Part shown: positions 11,480 to 22,500 of the stretch, piece after piece
How positions within the stretch are numbered: position 1 is the first letter of the stretch
How the letters are laid out: every line of letters begins with the position of its first letter
Assembly (NCBI RefSeq): GCF_006345805.1
Contig: NC_042998.1
Coordinates: 174,840,001 to 174,904,000 of the forward strand
Source of the DNA: Octopus sinensis
Taxonomy: Eukaryota
Length of the DNA stretch: 64,000 nucleotides
Direction: 5' to 3'
The notes under the pieces: model-generated
The model's input: the letters and a program-made list of their open reading frames with translations, nothing else
What the model was told of the DNA's origin: nothing
Databases searched by the model: none
Made by a program: the position numbers and the translations under genes

Positions 11480-12014
11480 CCCTCTTGCATTCAGATTTCT
11501 CTGTCAAATGTAATGTTTATTTATCAATGTTATTTTGAATTAATTATGCATTATCTTGTGGCTTTTAAATTTCAATGATGTTGATCTCTTTTACTTGTTT
11601 CAATCATTTGACTGTGGCCATGCTGGAGCACCGCCTTTAGTCGAGCAAATCAACCCCACGACTTATTCTTTGTAAGCTTAGCACTTATTCTATCGGTCTC
11701 TTTTGCTGAACCGCTAAGTGACGGGGACGTAAACACACCAGCATCGGTTGTCAAGCAATGCTAGGGGGACAAACACAGACACACAAACACACACACATAC
11801 ATATATATATACATATATACGACAGGCTTCTTTCAGTTTCTGTCTACCAAATCCACTCACAAGGCATTGGTCGGCTCGGGGCTAGAGCAGAAGACACTTG
11901 CCCAACTTTTAGAATGACATTGTATGATAGGTGTGGGAGGTTGGATCTGGCCAGTTTGAACATAAAACAGGGAGAATATTTGGGCCAGATATGGCTGTTT
12001 TGAATGCTAAAGGG
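11480..12014. mobile_element. piggyBac-like MITE with a SINE A inserted at about 11585-11905 (minus strand)
   Basis: TTAA at both ends, TIR ccctc/ttagcattca...tgaatgctaaaggg. Confidence 0.75.
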
Positions 12015-14003
12015 TTAATATTCCTTCTTAACTATTTCTTTCATTTGTATGTGTTGTACTCTGATTCGTTTAATATGTTCCACATGGTCACAACAAGCCA
12101 AGTATCAATGTCACTAGCAACATTCTTGTTCAGAATTCATGAGCACTCTCAATTATTATTATTATTATTATTAGGATGGTGGAATGGCAGAATCATTAGA
12201 GCATTAGACAAAAATGCTTTGATATTTGTTCTGGCCTTTATGTCTGAATTCAAATCCTGCCACGGTCAACTTTACCTTCCATATTTAATATGAATGTGTT
12301 TTTAGCATGAATGATTGTGATATTAATTACTCACTTAACAACAACAAAGGTAATCGCAACAACACACTGCTTTCTACACATGTTTACAAGTGCCACATCA
12401 AAGAAAGATATTCTGGACAAAAGCAGTGACAGAGTTATGTCACAAAGGACTCCATCTTCTTAGATTGGGTAAAGAGAGATCTAATGTTCTTCTGCTTCAC
12501 AAGGTGGGTGGGGACTTTTTGTATGCCTCCTAAAAAAAGAATCTGTTAAAAGAAACACTCCCTGACATGTGACACAGCATCCTACCCATTGAGTAAAGGA
12601 AAAGCAAATAGGTAGTATCAGTTTACTTCTTTGGGACCAGAAACAGGTTGAAATAGTTTGATGCACACCCACCTGTAGTTGGGTCAATGCAACACAATGC
12701 AACTGTCTAGTTGAGGGTGTTGCTAGTGACATTGATACTTGGCTTGTTGTGACCATGTGGCACAATAAAGGTGGATAGTAAATGCAAAGACCATGAAGAA
12801 TGACGTGGTTGGGAAATGGGGTATGAGTTGTTAGAAAACTGAGGTACTACTGTGTGTGTGTATATATATATGTGTGTGTGTGTGTGTGTATAGGGAAGAA
12901 TTCACGAAAAAAACAAAAGACGAAGACAGGTGGTGTAGAAAACAAACAGATGTATTAGTATAACGCTCGGGAATTGAATATATATGGAGTTAGTTAACAG
13001 TATGATCGTTTTTTTTAGACTACTGAGTTTACGTCAGAGTACCCTACTACACTGATCATCATCTCGCACTTGATCGTTCCAAAGTTTTGCTCAGTTATGG
13101 ATTCAAAAACTCAACCAGTAAGGCTAAAAGTTGAGAGCCCAGCTGTTATACTTGTGACAGGAAGAGCCACTTGAGGTCTTTCTGCCCCCAAAATTTCAAA
13201 AGTTATAGAAAGAAAAAGAGCAACAAGCAGCAGTTGGTGCTTTTACGTGTCACCAACATGGACGCCTGTCAGGCGGCGCTGGCATCTGCCACATTCGGAC
13301 GGTGCTTTTTACATGTCACTGGCACAGGTGTCTTAACTACAATTATGTCAATATAATTAGCTATTCCTTCTCTCCTAAATTTGAGACCTTGTTTTCAAGT
13401 CACTCTTTAAAACACTGAATTCTACCAACATCATTATCCCTTCATCTTGTGATGTGGGTGACAAAATGAAGAAAGAGCAAGATGAAAACTGCCAGAAAGT
13501 GAAGACAACTGCCAAATAGTAAGAACAGAAAAAAGTCACCCCACCACCTCAAGAGACCTCCAGACTGCTTATAAGAATAATTTTCCATTTTTACTAAATA
13601 CTGTATTTGAACAACTTGCAAGCCCCTTTTCATCTCCTCCAGCCTGAAATGTTCATGGACTCTTTGAGGATGAAAAGTCTTCATTTCCTGAAGGAAATAT
13701 GTGCGATGATGATCAGTGTAGTAGGGTACTCTAACGCAAACTCAGTAGTCTAAAAAATGATCATGCTTTTTACTTTATATATATATATATATATGTGTTT
13801 CGTTTTTGGATTTGGTTTGCAAAGCATATTCTGTTGTGTCTGGGGTGAGTCATTTTCTTTTTGTGCCTTATAATGTAACACACTCACTGGTAAAATTTCC
13901 ACTTATTTCTTATTTTTACCCCTCCCACCCTGTATGTGTATATGTACATATATATATGTATATATATATATATATGTATATATTATATATATATATATAT
14001 AAA

Positions 14004-14566
14004 CAGGGTGCGAGGGGTAAATTATCACCATTTTATACTTTTAACTTCACGCTTGCGCATTGTTTTTGATTTTGTCAACTACACAGTATTGTAGGGTCTG
14101 TTGGGCACCATCTGTGAGAAAAACAATGCCATGACACAATTCACTCTGACAGAAATTTGTAAAAAACATGTTGTACTGGTTGGCGTTTGTGCCAGAAGCT
14201 CCAATACGAACATTTCAGAGTGTTTGGGTGTCAATCTGAGGACACGTACTAAGGGTGATAAAAATCAAACATCATGGTGTCGGGAGTGGTCAGTAATTTT
14301 TGTAACATTATGCCTCCAATCATCTTCCCGCACGGCCTCACACTCAACATGGAAGCCTACATCAAGTGCCTGGAGGAGGTAGTGCTGCCTTAGGTCGTCT
14401 GGAGGCTGTGGTTGAAGCCAATGGCGATTTTATTGAATATATTTATTCCTTAGTATTTCAAGATATTTTTATGTAATTTTGGTAAATATATCTGTTAAAA
14501 TGAGATGTCAGTATTTTTTTTTTCCTTTTTACGTAATTTAGATGACAGTTTATTCACCACACCCTG
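14004..14566 (+). mobile_element. Internally deleted Tc1/mariner (maT/DD37D-like) element
   Basis: TIR CAGGGTG...CACCCTG followed by TA; transposase remnants NIMPPIIFPHGLTLNMEAYIKCLEEVVLP and RLEAVVEANGDFIE. Confidence 0.85.
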
Positions 14567-14609
14567 TATATACATACATATATATTCCATATTTATATTC
14601 CCTTTATTT

Positions 14610-15128
14610 TTATATATATTGTCCTTCTTTCATGATGATGTGTTGATCTTCTGGCACTGCTACATCCATTATCAGGCACTCTTGTTTGTCCCTCCTAATG
14701 GTTACTATGTCCGGCTTTCAGTGCTCTGACATTTTATCTGGAAATCAAAGTTCCAGAGGATTTTTGCCTTCCCCTTTTCGTCCATTACCTTTTCTGGAGT
14801 ATGTTGGTACCAAGCACCCGTAACCTCATATCCATACTTACAGCATAGTAGCCAGTGGAGGTTTTGGGCTATGCTCGTACTCTTTCTGTGCAAGACTTTC
14901 ACAAGCACTAACAATGTGAGTCACATTTTCAACCCTCTTCCCACACATTCTGCAGAGGTCTGATGCACTTGTGTGGTATATATTCTTTTTCACTGAGTTG
15001 GTATTCAATGCCTGGTCCTGGGCCGTGATGATTAGGCTTTCTGTATTCTTTTTTAGACCACCCTTGTTGAGCCACCTTCCTGGTCATTAAATTTATTGGT
15101 TTCGCTTGGAACTGACCATGTAATTCCA
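14610..15128 (-). mobile_element. Dong/R4-type non-LTR C-terminal fragment (zinc knuckle + REL endonuclease)
   Basis: WLNKGGLKKNTESLIITAQDQAL, DLCRMCGKRVENVTHIVSAC, KILWNFDFQ, KPDIV, CLIMDVAVPED. Confidence 0.88.
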
Positions 15129-16304
15129 TACGGAGTAGGGTTTCTTCTCTCTCGTTAGCTGTTCTTGTTCAGAATTCATGAACACTCTCAATTATTATTA
15201 TCATTATTATTATTATTATTAGGATGGTGGAATGGCAGAATCATTAGAGTATTAGACAAAAATGCTTTGATGTTTGTTCTGGCCTTTATGTCTGAATTCA
15301 AATCCTTCCAAGGTCAACTTTACCTTCCATATTTTTGGGGATCAAATAATAGAATTGATCTCATCAACCAGACCCTCTCCTCAAAATTCTTGCCTTGTAC
15401 CTAGTGGTGTCTTGTAGATAAAATTAGTGGGGTTACTGCTTCAGAAAATTTTGACCCATTGTTTTAATATTGTGTTAAAGGAAACAAACATATATAAAGA
15501 AAATTTATATGTAAACTTGATCGGGTAGTGTGTTTAATTTGTTCACTGAACCCCACCGTGAATTCCCCCTTGTTTTTCAAAAATACCCCCTAAATCACAA
15601 AATAAGTGGGAGAAATGTGCCCTAATTTTCAAATCATGGCAGCAACACTGAAGCTGGAAGCAGGATAATAATCTAATTCTACACTCTATCACATTCAAGA
15701 ATATGCACACATTTTTAAGCACGATACACACGGTGTCAAAAAGAAACACTATCCTTTACCAGAACACACGAGTCAGCACTGTCATTCACACAATGCTCTT
15801 TCTCCCTAGTGTGAAGCTTCCTATCTCGAACATGTGAGCATGCACACAACAGCCAAACACTGCATCGCTGGAACTGTGACGCATGCAGTTCTGTACAAGG
15901 ATTTTTGTATTTTTTTCATAAACTAGGGGATGGCTTAAGGATTATATAATGTACAAGTATAAAGAAAGAATTAAAGAAAAAAAGGACTCATTATATTGAA
16001 TGTTATTGATAATATCAAGTAGAAAAAGTGGGGTGCTGCAGATCCGCAGTGCCTATACACGTGTCGCCACTGCTTGTGCCTAAATTAGAAACTGTTTTAA
16101 GTTGGTGGAGTAGCAGAGATGGTAAAGTGTGAGATGCAATACTTGGCAGCATCTAGTTATGGCACTTTGCAGTCTTGGTTCAAATCTTGTCAAAATCTAC
16201 TTTGCCTTTCATCGTGTTGGAGGCCAATAAAAATAAGTACCAGTCACATACTGCAGTTGATTTAATCAGTAAACACCGTCTCCCATACTTGTGGCCCTGT
16301 GCCT

Positions 16305-16690
16305 ATCATTATCATCGTCATTTAACGTCCGCTTTCCATGCTAGCATGGGTTGGACGGTTTGATTGTGGGCTGGTGAACCAGATGGCCGCACCAAACTCC
16401 AGTCTTAATCTGGCAGAGTTTCTACAGCTGGATGTCCTTCCTAACGCCAACCATTCCGAGAGTGTAGTGGGTGCTTTTATGTGCCACCAGCATGGGGGCC
16501 AGTCAGGTAGTACTGGCAACGACCTCGCTCGAATTTTTACACATGGGCCAGTCAGGCGGTACTGGCGACGACCTCGCTCGAATTTTTTACACATGCCAAC
16601 AGCACAGGTGCCAGTAAGGCGAAGCTGGTAATGATCCCGCTCAAATGGTGCCTCCTACATGCCACCGGCACGGAAGCCAGTTAGCCAAGA
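16305..16690 (-). mobile_element. RTE-LINE 3'-tail copy. Other copies: 7436-7585(-), 13225-13345(-), 27255-27572(+), 33470-33592(+), 34285-34440(-), 35330-35640(+), 35905-36270(+), 40858-41205(-), 43737-44345(-), 45565-45942(+), 48570-48775(-), 60770-61025(+)
   Basis: Shared ...aaccgtccaacccatgctagcatggaaagcggacgttaaacgatgatgat terminus, the same as the 3' end of the coding RTE copy at 29020-30160; boundaries approximate. Confidence 0.85.
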
Positions 16691-17255
16691 ACAATTATTA
16701 TATTATGTTGTTAAGCTTCATACAATGTTTCTACTGTAATTCTAAAATATGTGTTCGATATTGTCTTTTGTATGCTACATCTGCTTCATTGTGTTGCTAG
16801 TATTATTTTGCTGTTTCTTATGTTAAAACTGTGTTGTATCTTCCGTGGTTTATATATGTAATGTGAACTGTGTTTATTTGTTGGGTGGTGATTGTATTAC
16901 ATGTTGTATACATTGTGTTATATAAGGAGGGGGCAACAAGTGTGTAGAGTATTGTTTACGACATGGAGTGTGTCAGTTTGTAGTGGTGCATGAGATATCT
17001 TATAGGTGTTGGTTATGTTTGGTTATGTATGTACCGCGTTACTTTATTATGTAAGCTGTATTGTATTATGGGGGTGGTGATTGTATAAAGCAGTGCTTTT
17101 CAATATTTTTGTTTTCACAGTATACTGGAAATCAAACAAAACATTTACTGGCACACTTCACATGAAGGTTAAAAATTGCTGGCTCACTCTGCAGGCAAAA
17201 TTTAAAATTTTAAAGAAAAATATTTAAATAAAAAAAAACTACAACATGCCTTTAA

Positions 17256-17451
17256 CTCTTTAGCATTCAGATGACTCAGTCACATGTAGTGCTTATTTTT
17301 ACATATTGTTTTTTTCGGATTAATCATGAATTATATTGTAGCTTTGAGAAAATGACACATTTGGCTAGTTGTAAGAGGTTGGTTCTAGTCAGTTTGACTA
17401 TAAACAAGTAGAATAATTGAACTGGTTATGGCTGATTTAAATGCTAAAGGG
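17256..17451. mobile_element. piggyBac-like MITE, second copy
   Basis: TTAA|ctctttagcattcag...atgctaaaggg|TTAA. Confidence 0.75.
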
Positions 17452-17677
17452 TTAACACATTCTTCTAAACACTCAAGCATTAGTATGAAGTTTCTAAAGG
17501 CTGAAATTATATTTTTGAAAATCTATGGTGCACCACTCCATACAGGAACCACTGCTATAGAATATGTTGTGAAAGCTATTTTATTTCGTGGTGACTGTAT
17601 AGAATATTTGTGTGTTGTGTAGAGAGTGAACTGTGAGAATTATTATTGTTTATGATTTTGTGTTTTGAAACCATACC

Positions 17678-17892
17678 TGTTAGTTAGTTAGTTAATTTGG
17701 CTCAAAAGCAAATAGCAAGGCCATGTAGGGGGACATGGAGTTAAGTACAGGGTGGTGTTCATGTAAAGAGTTCAGGCCACTTGAGGTCAAGGGAGGCTTT
17801 GAACAAAGCAGTCATCGGCATCTTCACCATCTCGTCTGGCAGCTTGTTCCACGGATCCGCAACCCGGACGGAGAAAGCTCCTCTCCTCGATT
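17678..17892 (-). mobile_element. Short 5'-truncated CR1 LINE 3' end with (TAAC)n tail
   Basis: Minus strand reads RRGAFSVRVADPWNKLPDEMVKMPMTALFKASLD, the CR1 RT C-terminal motif. Confidence 0.85.
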
Positions 17893-18843
17893 TGTGTTCC
17901 CATAGTGTATCCGAGAGAAATTAGAAAAGGAGGAACAAGACTGCTTTTTTTCCTCCAGGAGTATTAGTCCTCTCAAAATTAAAGTGGAGGCATTGAAATT
18001 TTTTTTATGAAGGTCCCAATAAATTGCCATACCTAATTGATTATTATAATTGATCTTGTGTTCCCATAGTGTATCCTAGAGAAATTGGGAAAAGAGGAAC
18101 AAGACTGCTTTTTTTTCCTCCAGGAGTATTAGTCCTCTCAAAATTAAAGTGGGAGTGTTGAGATTTTTTTTATGAAGGTCCCATGCCTGAACTGATGTAA
18201 TATCTGAATCCCTCTTACTTTTGAGAAACAAATAATGATTGCTGACAGGAAGCACATCCAACCATAAAATCCTATTTCAAATAACTCCTGTCTGAACTCA
18301 TGACTTCATGAACAAGCATATGAAATACTAAGTTTATTCATCAAAAATTACTGCTACACAGCATTTTGCTTCTCATACTACTTAAAATAATGTACCTTAC
18401 AAATAGGAAAGCTTTTTGTTGCCATAAAAATAGCTTTTCTCCAGACATCTTAGATTTCTACTATTCCTTTTGAACTTGTGTAATACTACTGGCTTTTCTT
18501 TTTGCTCTAATTCCATTGCCACCTTGATAACAACTATTTTACTGTTTCCAATGCTTATTACTTAACTTTCTGAAATAGCTTTTGAAATATACTTGAGCAA
18601 TAGGGTTTTTTTTGTTGTTGTTGTTTTTTTAAGATTTAACTAATGATTAAATCGATGTTTTGGGGCCAATGTCTACCATCATCAACTTTATCATCATCTC
18701 TACACCTTTTATTTCCATGCTTTGGTGAGTCGAATAGGTCTATCTTAAGCTGAAAACTTCTGTGCAAGGTTGATACAGCTTTCAAAATATCTTTTTGATA
18801 TTATATGCAAGATGCTCGAACTATCTAAGCATGGAGATTGGAG

Positions 18844-18879
<36 letters not shown>

Positions 18880-19310
18880 TTGTGAATATAAACCAAAATT
18901 TATAAAATTGAGATTAATACCTTATAGGTACTTGTCATAGCAAACTCAGGTGGAATTTGAACTCAAAACTGTATGATACAAATTTTTGAAAATATTAGAA
19001 TTTTCAATCAGTCAATTAGTTATTGATCTATCTACCTTTGACAAATATAGTTAGGGAGCCCCGAAGTGATTCCATGATCTTGAAATATCACCCTATCATC
19101 CTAAAAAGGAGGAGGGCACACATCTGGGATATACACTATCAGTAGAAAAAAAAAAGATAGGAACATTATAACTGGAGTGTTTTTGAACCTAGGCTTATTC
19201 AACTAGCATCAATTTTAGATTAAACAGCAATAACAAACATGAAACGATAATTTTCTTTATTTACATTCTCTTCTCTAGTTATTTCCTAAGTAAATGAAGT
19301 TACTGCTCCA

Positions 19311-19551
19311 ATGGAGGTGGTTGTGGCTGTAATTAAGCCCAAAAAAAGTGTCAGCAGTTTCTCTTCTCGAGAGTTTCATCCCAGCAACTATTCCATTTTA
19401 TTAGTGGAGAGTAAAGCTGCTTTGCATGCTGAATGGGGCAAACCTATCCGCTCTCTACCCATGTTCTCTCTGAAGAGAGATGAAGAACCGAGAGAGGTGA
19501 TTCTTAACTACCTTTACCAGATGACTGGAGAAAAATCAGATGGTATCAAAG
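19311..19551 (+). CDS. KRIT1: KRIT1 coding exon 1 (MEVVVAVIKPKK...DGIKG); acceptor AG at 19277-19278
   Basis: ORF track 19311; resembles the KRIT1 N-terminus VAVIRPK..SREY; donor AAG|GTAAGC, phase 1. Confidence 0.92.
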
Positions 19552-22500
19552 GTAAGCTGTTCTTTCTTTTTTTCCTTTCAATTTAACTTTATGAAAAATT
19601 ATTATGCTGTGGATATAAACATGATTTTATGCACATGTCCATTATATATGTGTGCTTCAATATATTTTAGCTATTACAAGTGCATGTCAGATTGTTTGTG
19701 TATATTTTATCATTCGAATAATTTCTCCATGTTTACATTATTTAAGAGGCTTTATTTCTTTGAAGTTAAAAAGTGATAAATTGAAACCTTATTATTGGTA
19801 TTGTGCCACTGATCAGATATATACCATATTTTTGGATATATAAGGTACGCCACAATTTCAGCAAGCCTAATCTGCACGAAAAAACTGCAGCTAAACCCAA
19901 ATCACCAAGCTGAATATCTCATATTTTCATGTATAAAAACCATGAAGATTTAGACTGATGCCCTTTGGTAAGCTATTTATGGTAGGCTAAGTTGCAATAC
20001 TTACCTTATTTCTATATAAGGTGCTGAGGAACTTTTGAGGGGAATTTCTAGATAAAAATGTGTGCTTTTTATGCCAGAAAATATGGTAACTGCTTGCTTC
20101 AGTCACCTAACTCAAAGATTTCATTTAACTGTATATTTAATACAGCTAAAAGGGTATTCAACAGTAAAACACCAATGATTGAAAGGGGACAAGATTTTTC
20201 AAAAGTAAAATACTTCAGTAAAAGTATTTCAAAATCAGTAATTTTTGTACAAATATTGTAGTTTTATGCTTTATGTATTCAGCCTTTCACCTCCACACAT
20301 TTTTGTATGTGCCATTCAGTCATTTTTAATTCAGAAATCTAAATTCTAAAATCTTGAGGACCAGCGTTTCATTAAACCAATGAGAGATAAGTCTCATCTT
20401 GGAGAGGATCCCCATCTGTTATCGATAACATTCCTAGGATACCCAGAGATGTGTGGTTAAGAAGTTTGCTTCACAACCACATGGTTTTGGGTTCAATCCC
20501 ATTGCATGTCAACTCGGGCAAGTATCTTCTGCTATTTCCCTAGAATGATCAAATCCTTGTGGGTGGATTTGGTAGTGGGGAAAGTATAAAAAAAAACAAA
20601 ACCATCATATACATGTATGTGTATTTGTGCTCCCTTGTTTTGACATGTGATAGCTGTCATCCATTTCCAATATTTTGTGAGAACATGGGAACAGCTGAGG
20701 GTTAATAACAAGAAAGACAATTAGCTGTTGAAGATCTGCCTCAATAGATTCTGTCTAACTCATGCAAGCATGGAAGAGTGGACATTAAAATGGTAATGAG
20801 TCTTGATAGTGGAGGCAACTTAGGAGATGTGGTGATATAGATTAAAAGAAAGAGCAGCAGTCTGTAAATAAAAATTAATATATAGATTACAGTTCTCTCA
20901 TTTATTAAATTATTACAATAATAGTTCATCATGGGACTTTAAAATTATTAGAGGTATCTGATGGATTTGATGTTGTCAGGTTCAAATTTTTTTATATGTT
21001 TCTCTTCTGAGTTTCCAAATTTACAAAACCATCAAAGATAGCAAACTTTATTTTAGCTATTACCATCTCCTCTATGTTGGGCTTGTTGTCCAAGAATTCA
21101 GATGACATTTAAAGGAATATTTAGTTGTTGCACTTTAAGCATTGTAAATATGGGCTTCTATTACAGGTTTTCTTGTGATTGCTTAATATAATCAGTTAAC
21201 TTTGCTTGAAAAGATGCTTAGTATAGAGAGACCCAATTAGAGGGAAAACCCCCCCAAAAAAAACTGCAATACTGTGGATACCCTGTTTCAATTTGATCTG
21301 AAAACGTGCAGACTATTCTGAAAATACACTCATCCTAACCTATTAAATTAGGAAAGAACACATTGGATAATATAGCCCTGTGTACCCTTAGAAATATCAA
21401 ATGGCCATAGCTCTGTCAGAGCATACTTGGGGTTAAACATCATGTTGCTTGTTTATGTGGGATCAAACTAATATGCATCCGCTTACATCCAGCATATTTT
21501 AGTATGTTAAAATGTTTGGGCAAGTGCATTATAATACTAATACACTTTTTTTTTTACTACTCCGAGTTTCTCATTTGGCAGTCTTCCGGGCAACAGTGGA
21601 ACTTCTGCTTTCAGTAAATGAATAAATGAACTCTACAGCTGTATACTGAGTATGAGAACACTCTTCATCTTACGTTTATATATTCCAAAATACAGACATA
21701 CTCACAATGTATTTATGCATAGATGGAGAGATGGTCCAACCTAGCACTGGTTTAACCATTAAAATAAGCATGTGCTTAGAGCATCAAGGGAAGCAGGGCA
21801 CCACGGAAATGGTAAATGGTTTTATGTCACAAAAGAAATCACTTTGCTAAAATAATATTCAAAGTGGCTTATGTAATTGGAAATGTAATTTTGAAGTGTT
21901 CATGGTGTCATAGTGAAGCTCTGATCAAAGACTTTGCAATTAAAAAAAAGTAGGAGAAAACTTTTCAAATATAAATAAAAAAAGTGAATGTATATAAAAC
22001 TATACATTATTTTCCATCTTGCTGTTAGTTTAGTTTCATTTTGAAAATTAAAAATTTACATTATGGTCTGTTTATGTTTTGAATTACATTTATATGGGAG
22101 AATCAAAATATTTTACATGTTTAGGGCCTCTATGGGATTTAATCCAACCCATGTTATCTTGAAAAACTGGTTTATGAAAAGAACAATGCTACATTGTGTA
22201 ATCATTATATTCTATGTTAATGTTTTTTCCTGTATGTTTGTATGGATTGTGTCTCACACTTATCACAGTGCCTTGTTATCTGGCACACGTAACAACAGAG
22301 GAAACAATCACCCTTTGTTGTTATATATGGCATGATTTTTATAGTTGGATGCCCTTCCTATCACCATGTAACACCAGTACTGTACACAACTACACTGGTA
22401 TTGCCATAGCAATTAAAACAAGCAAAATGAAACCCATTAATCCAGGAAATCTATAATTTTTATTAAATGTCATTAACAACTCAATACTGAGAAAAAATGT

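Noticed and set aside
16338-16631. Recurrent ORFs such as MLAWVGR.../FLQLDALPNANHS in many places
   Set aside because: These are antisense or sense readings of the non-coding RTE 3' tail, not a gene family.
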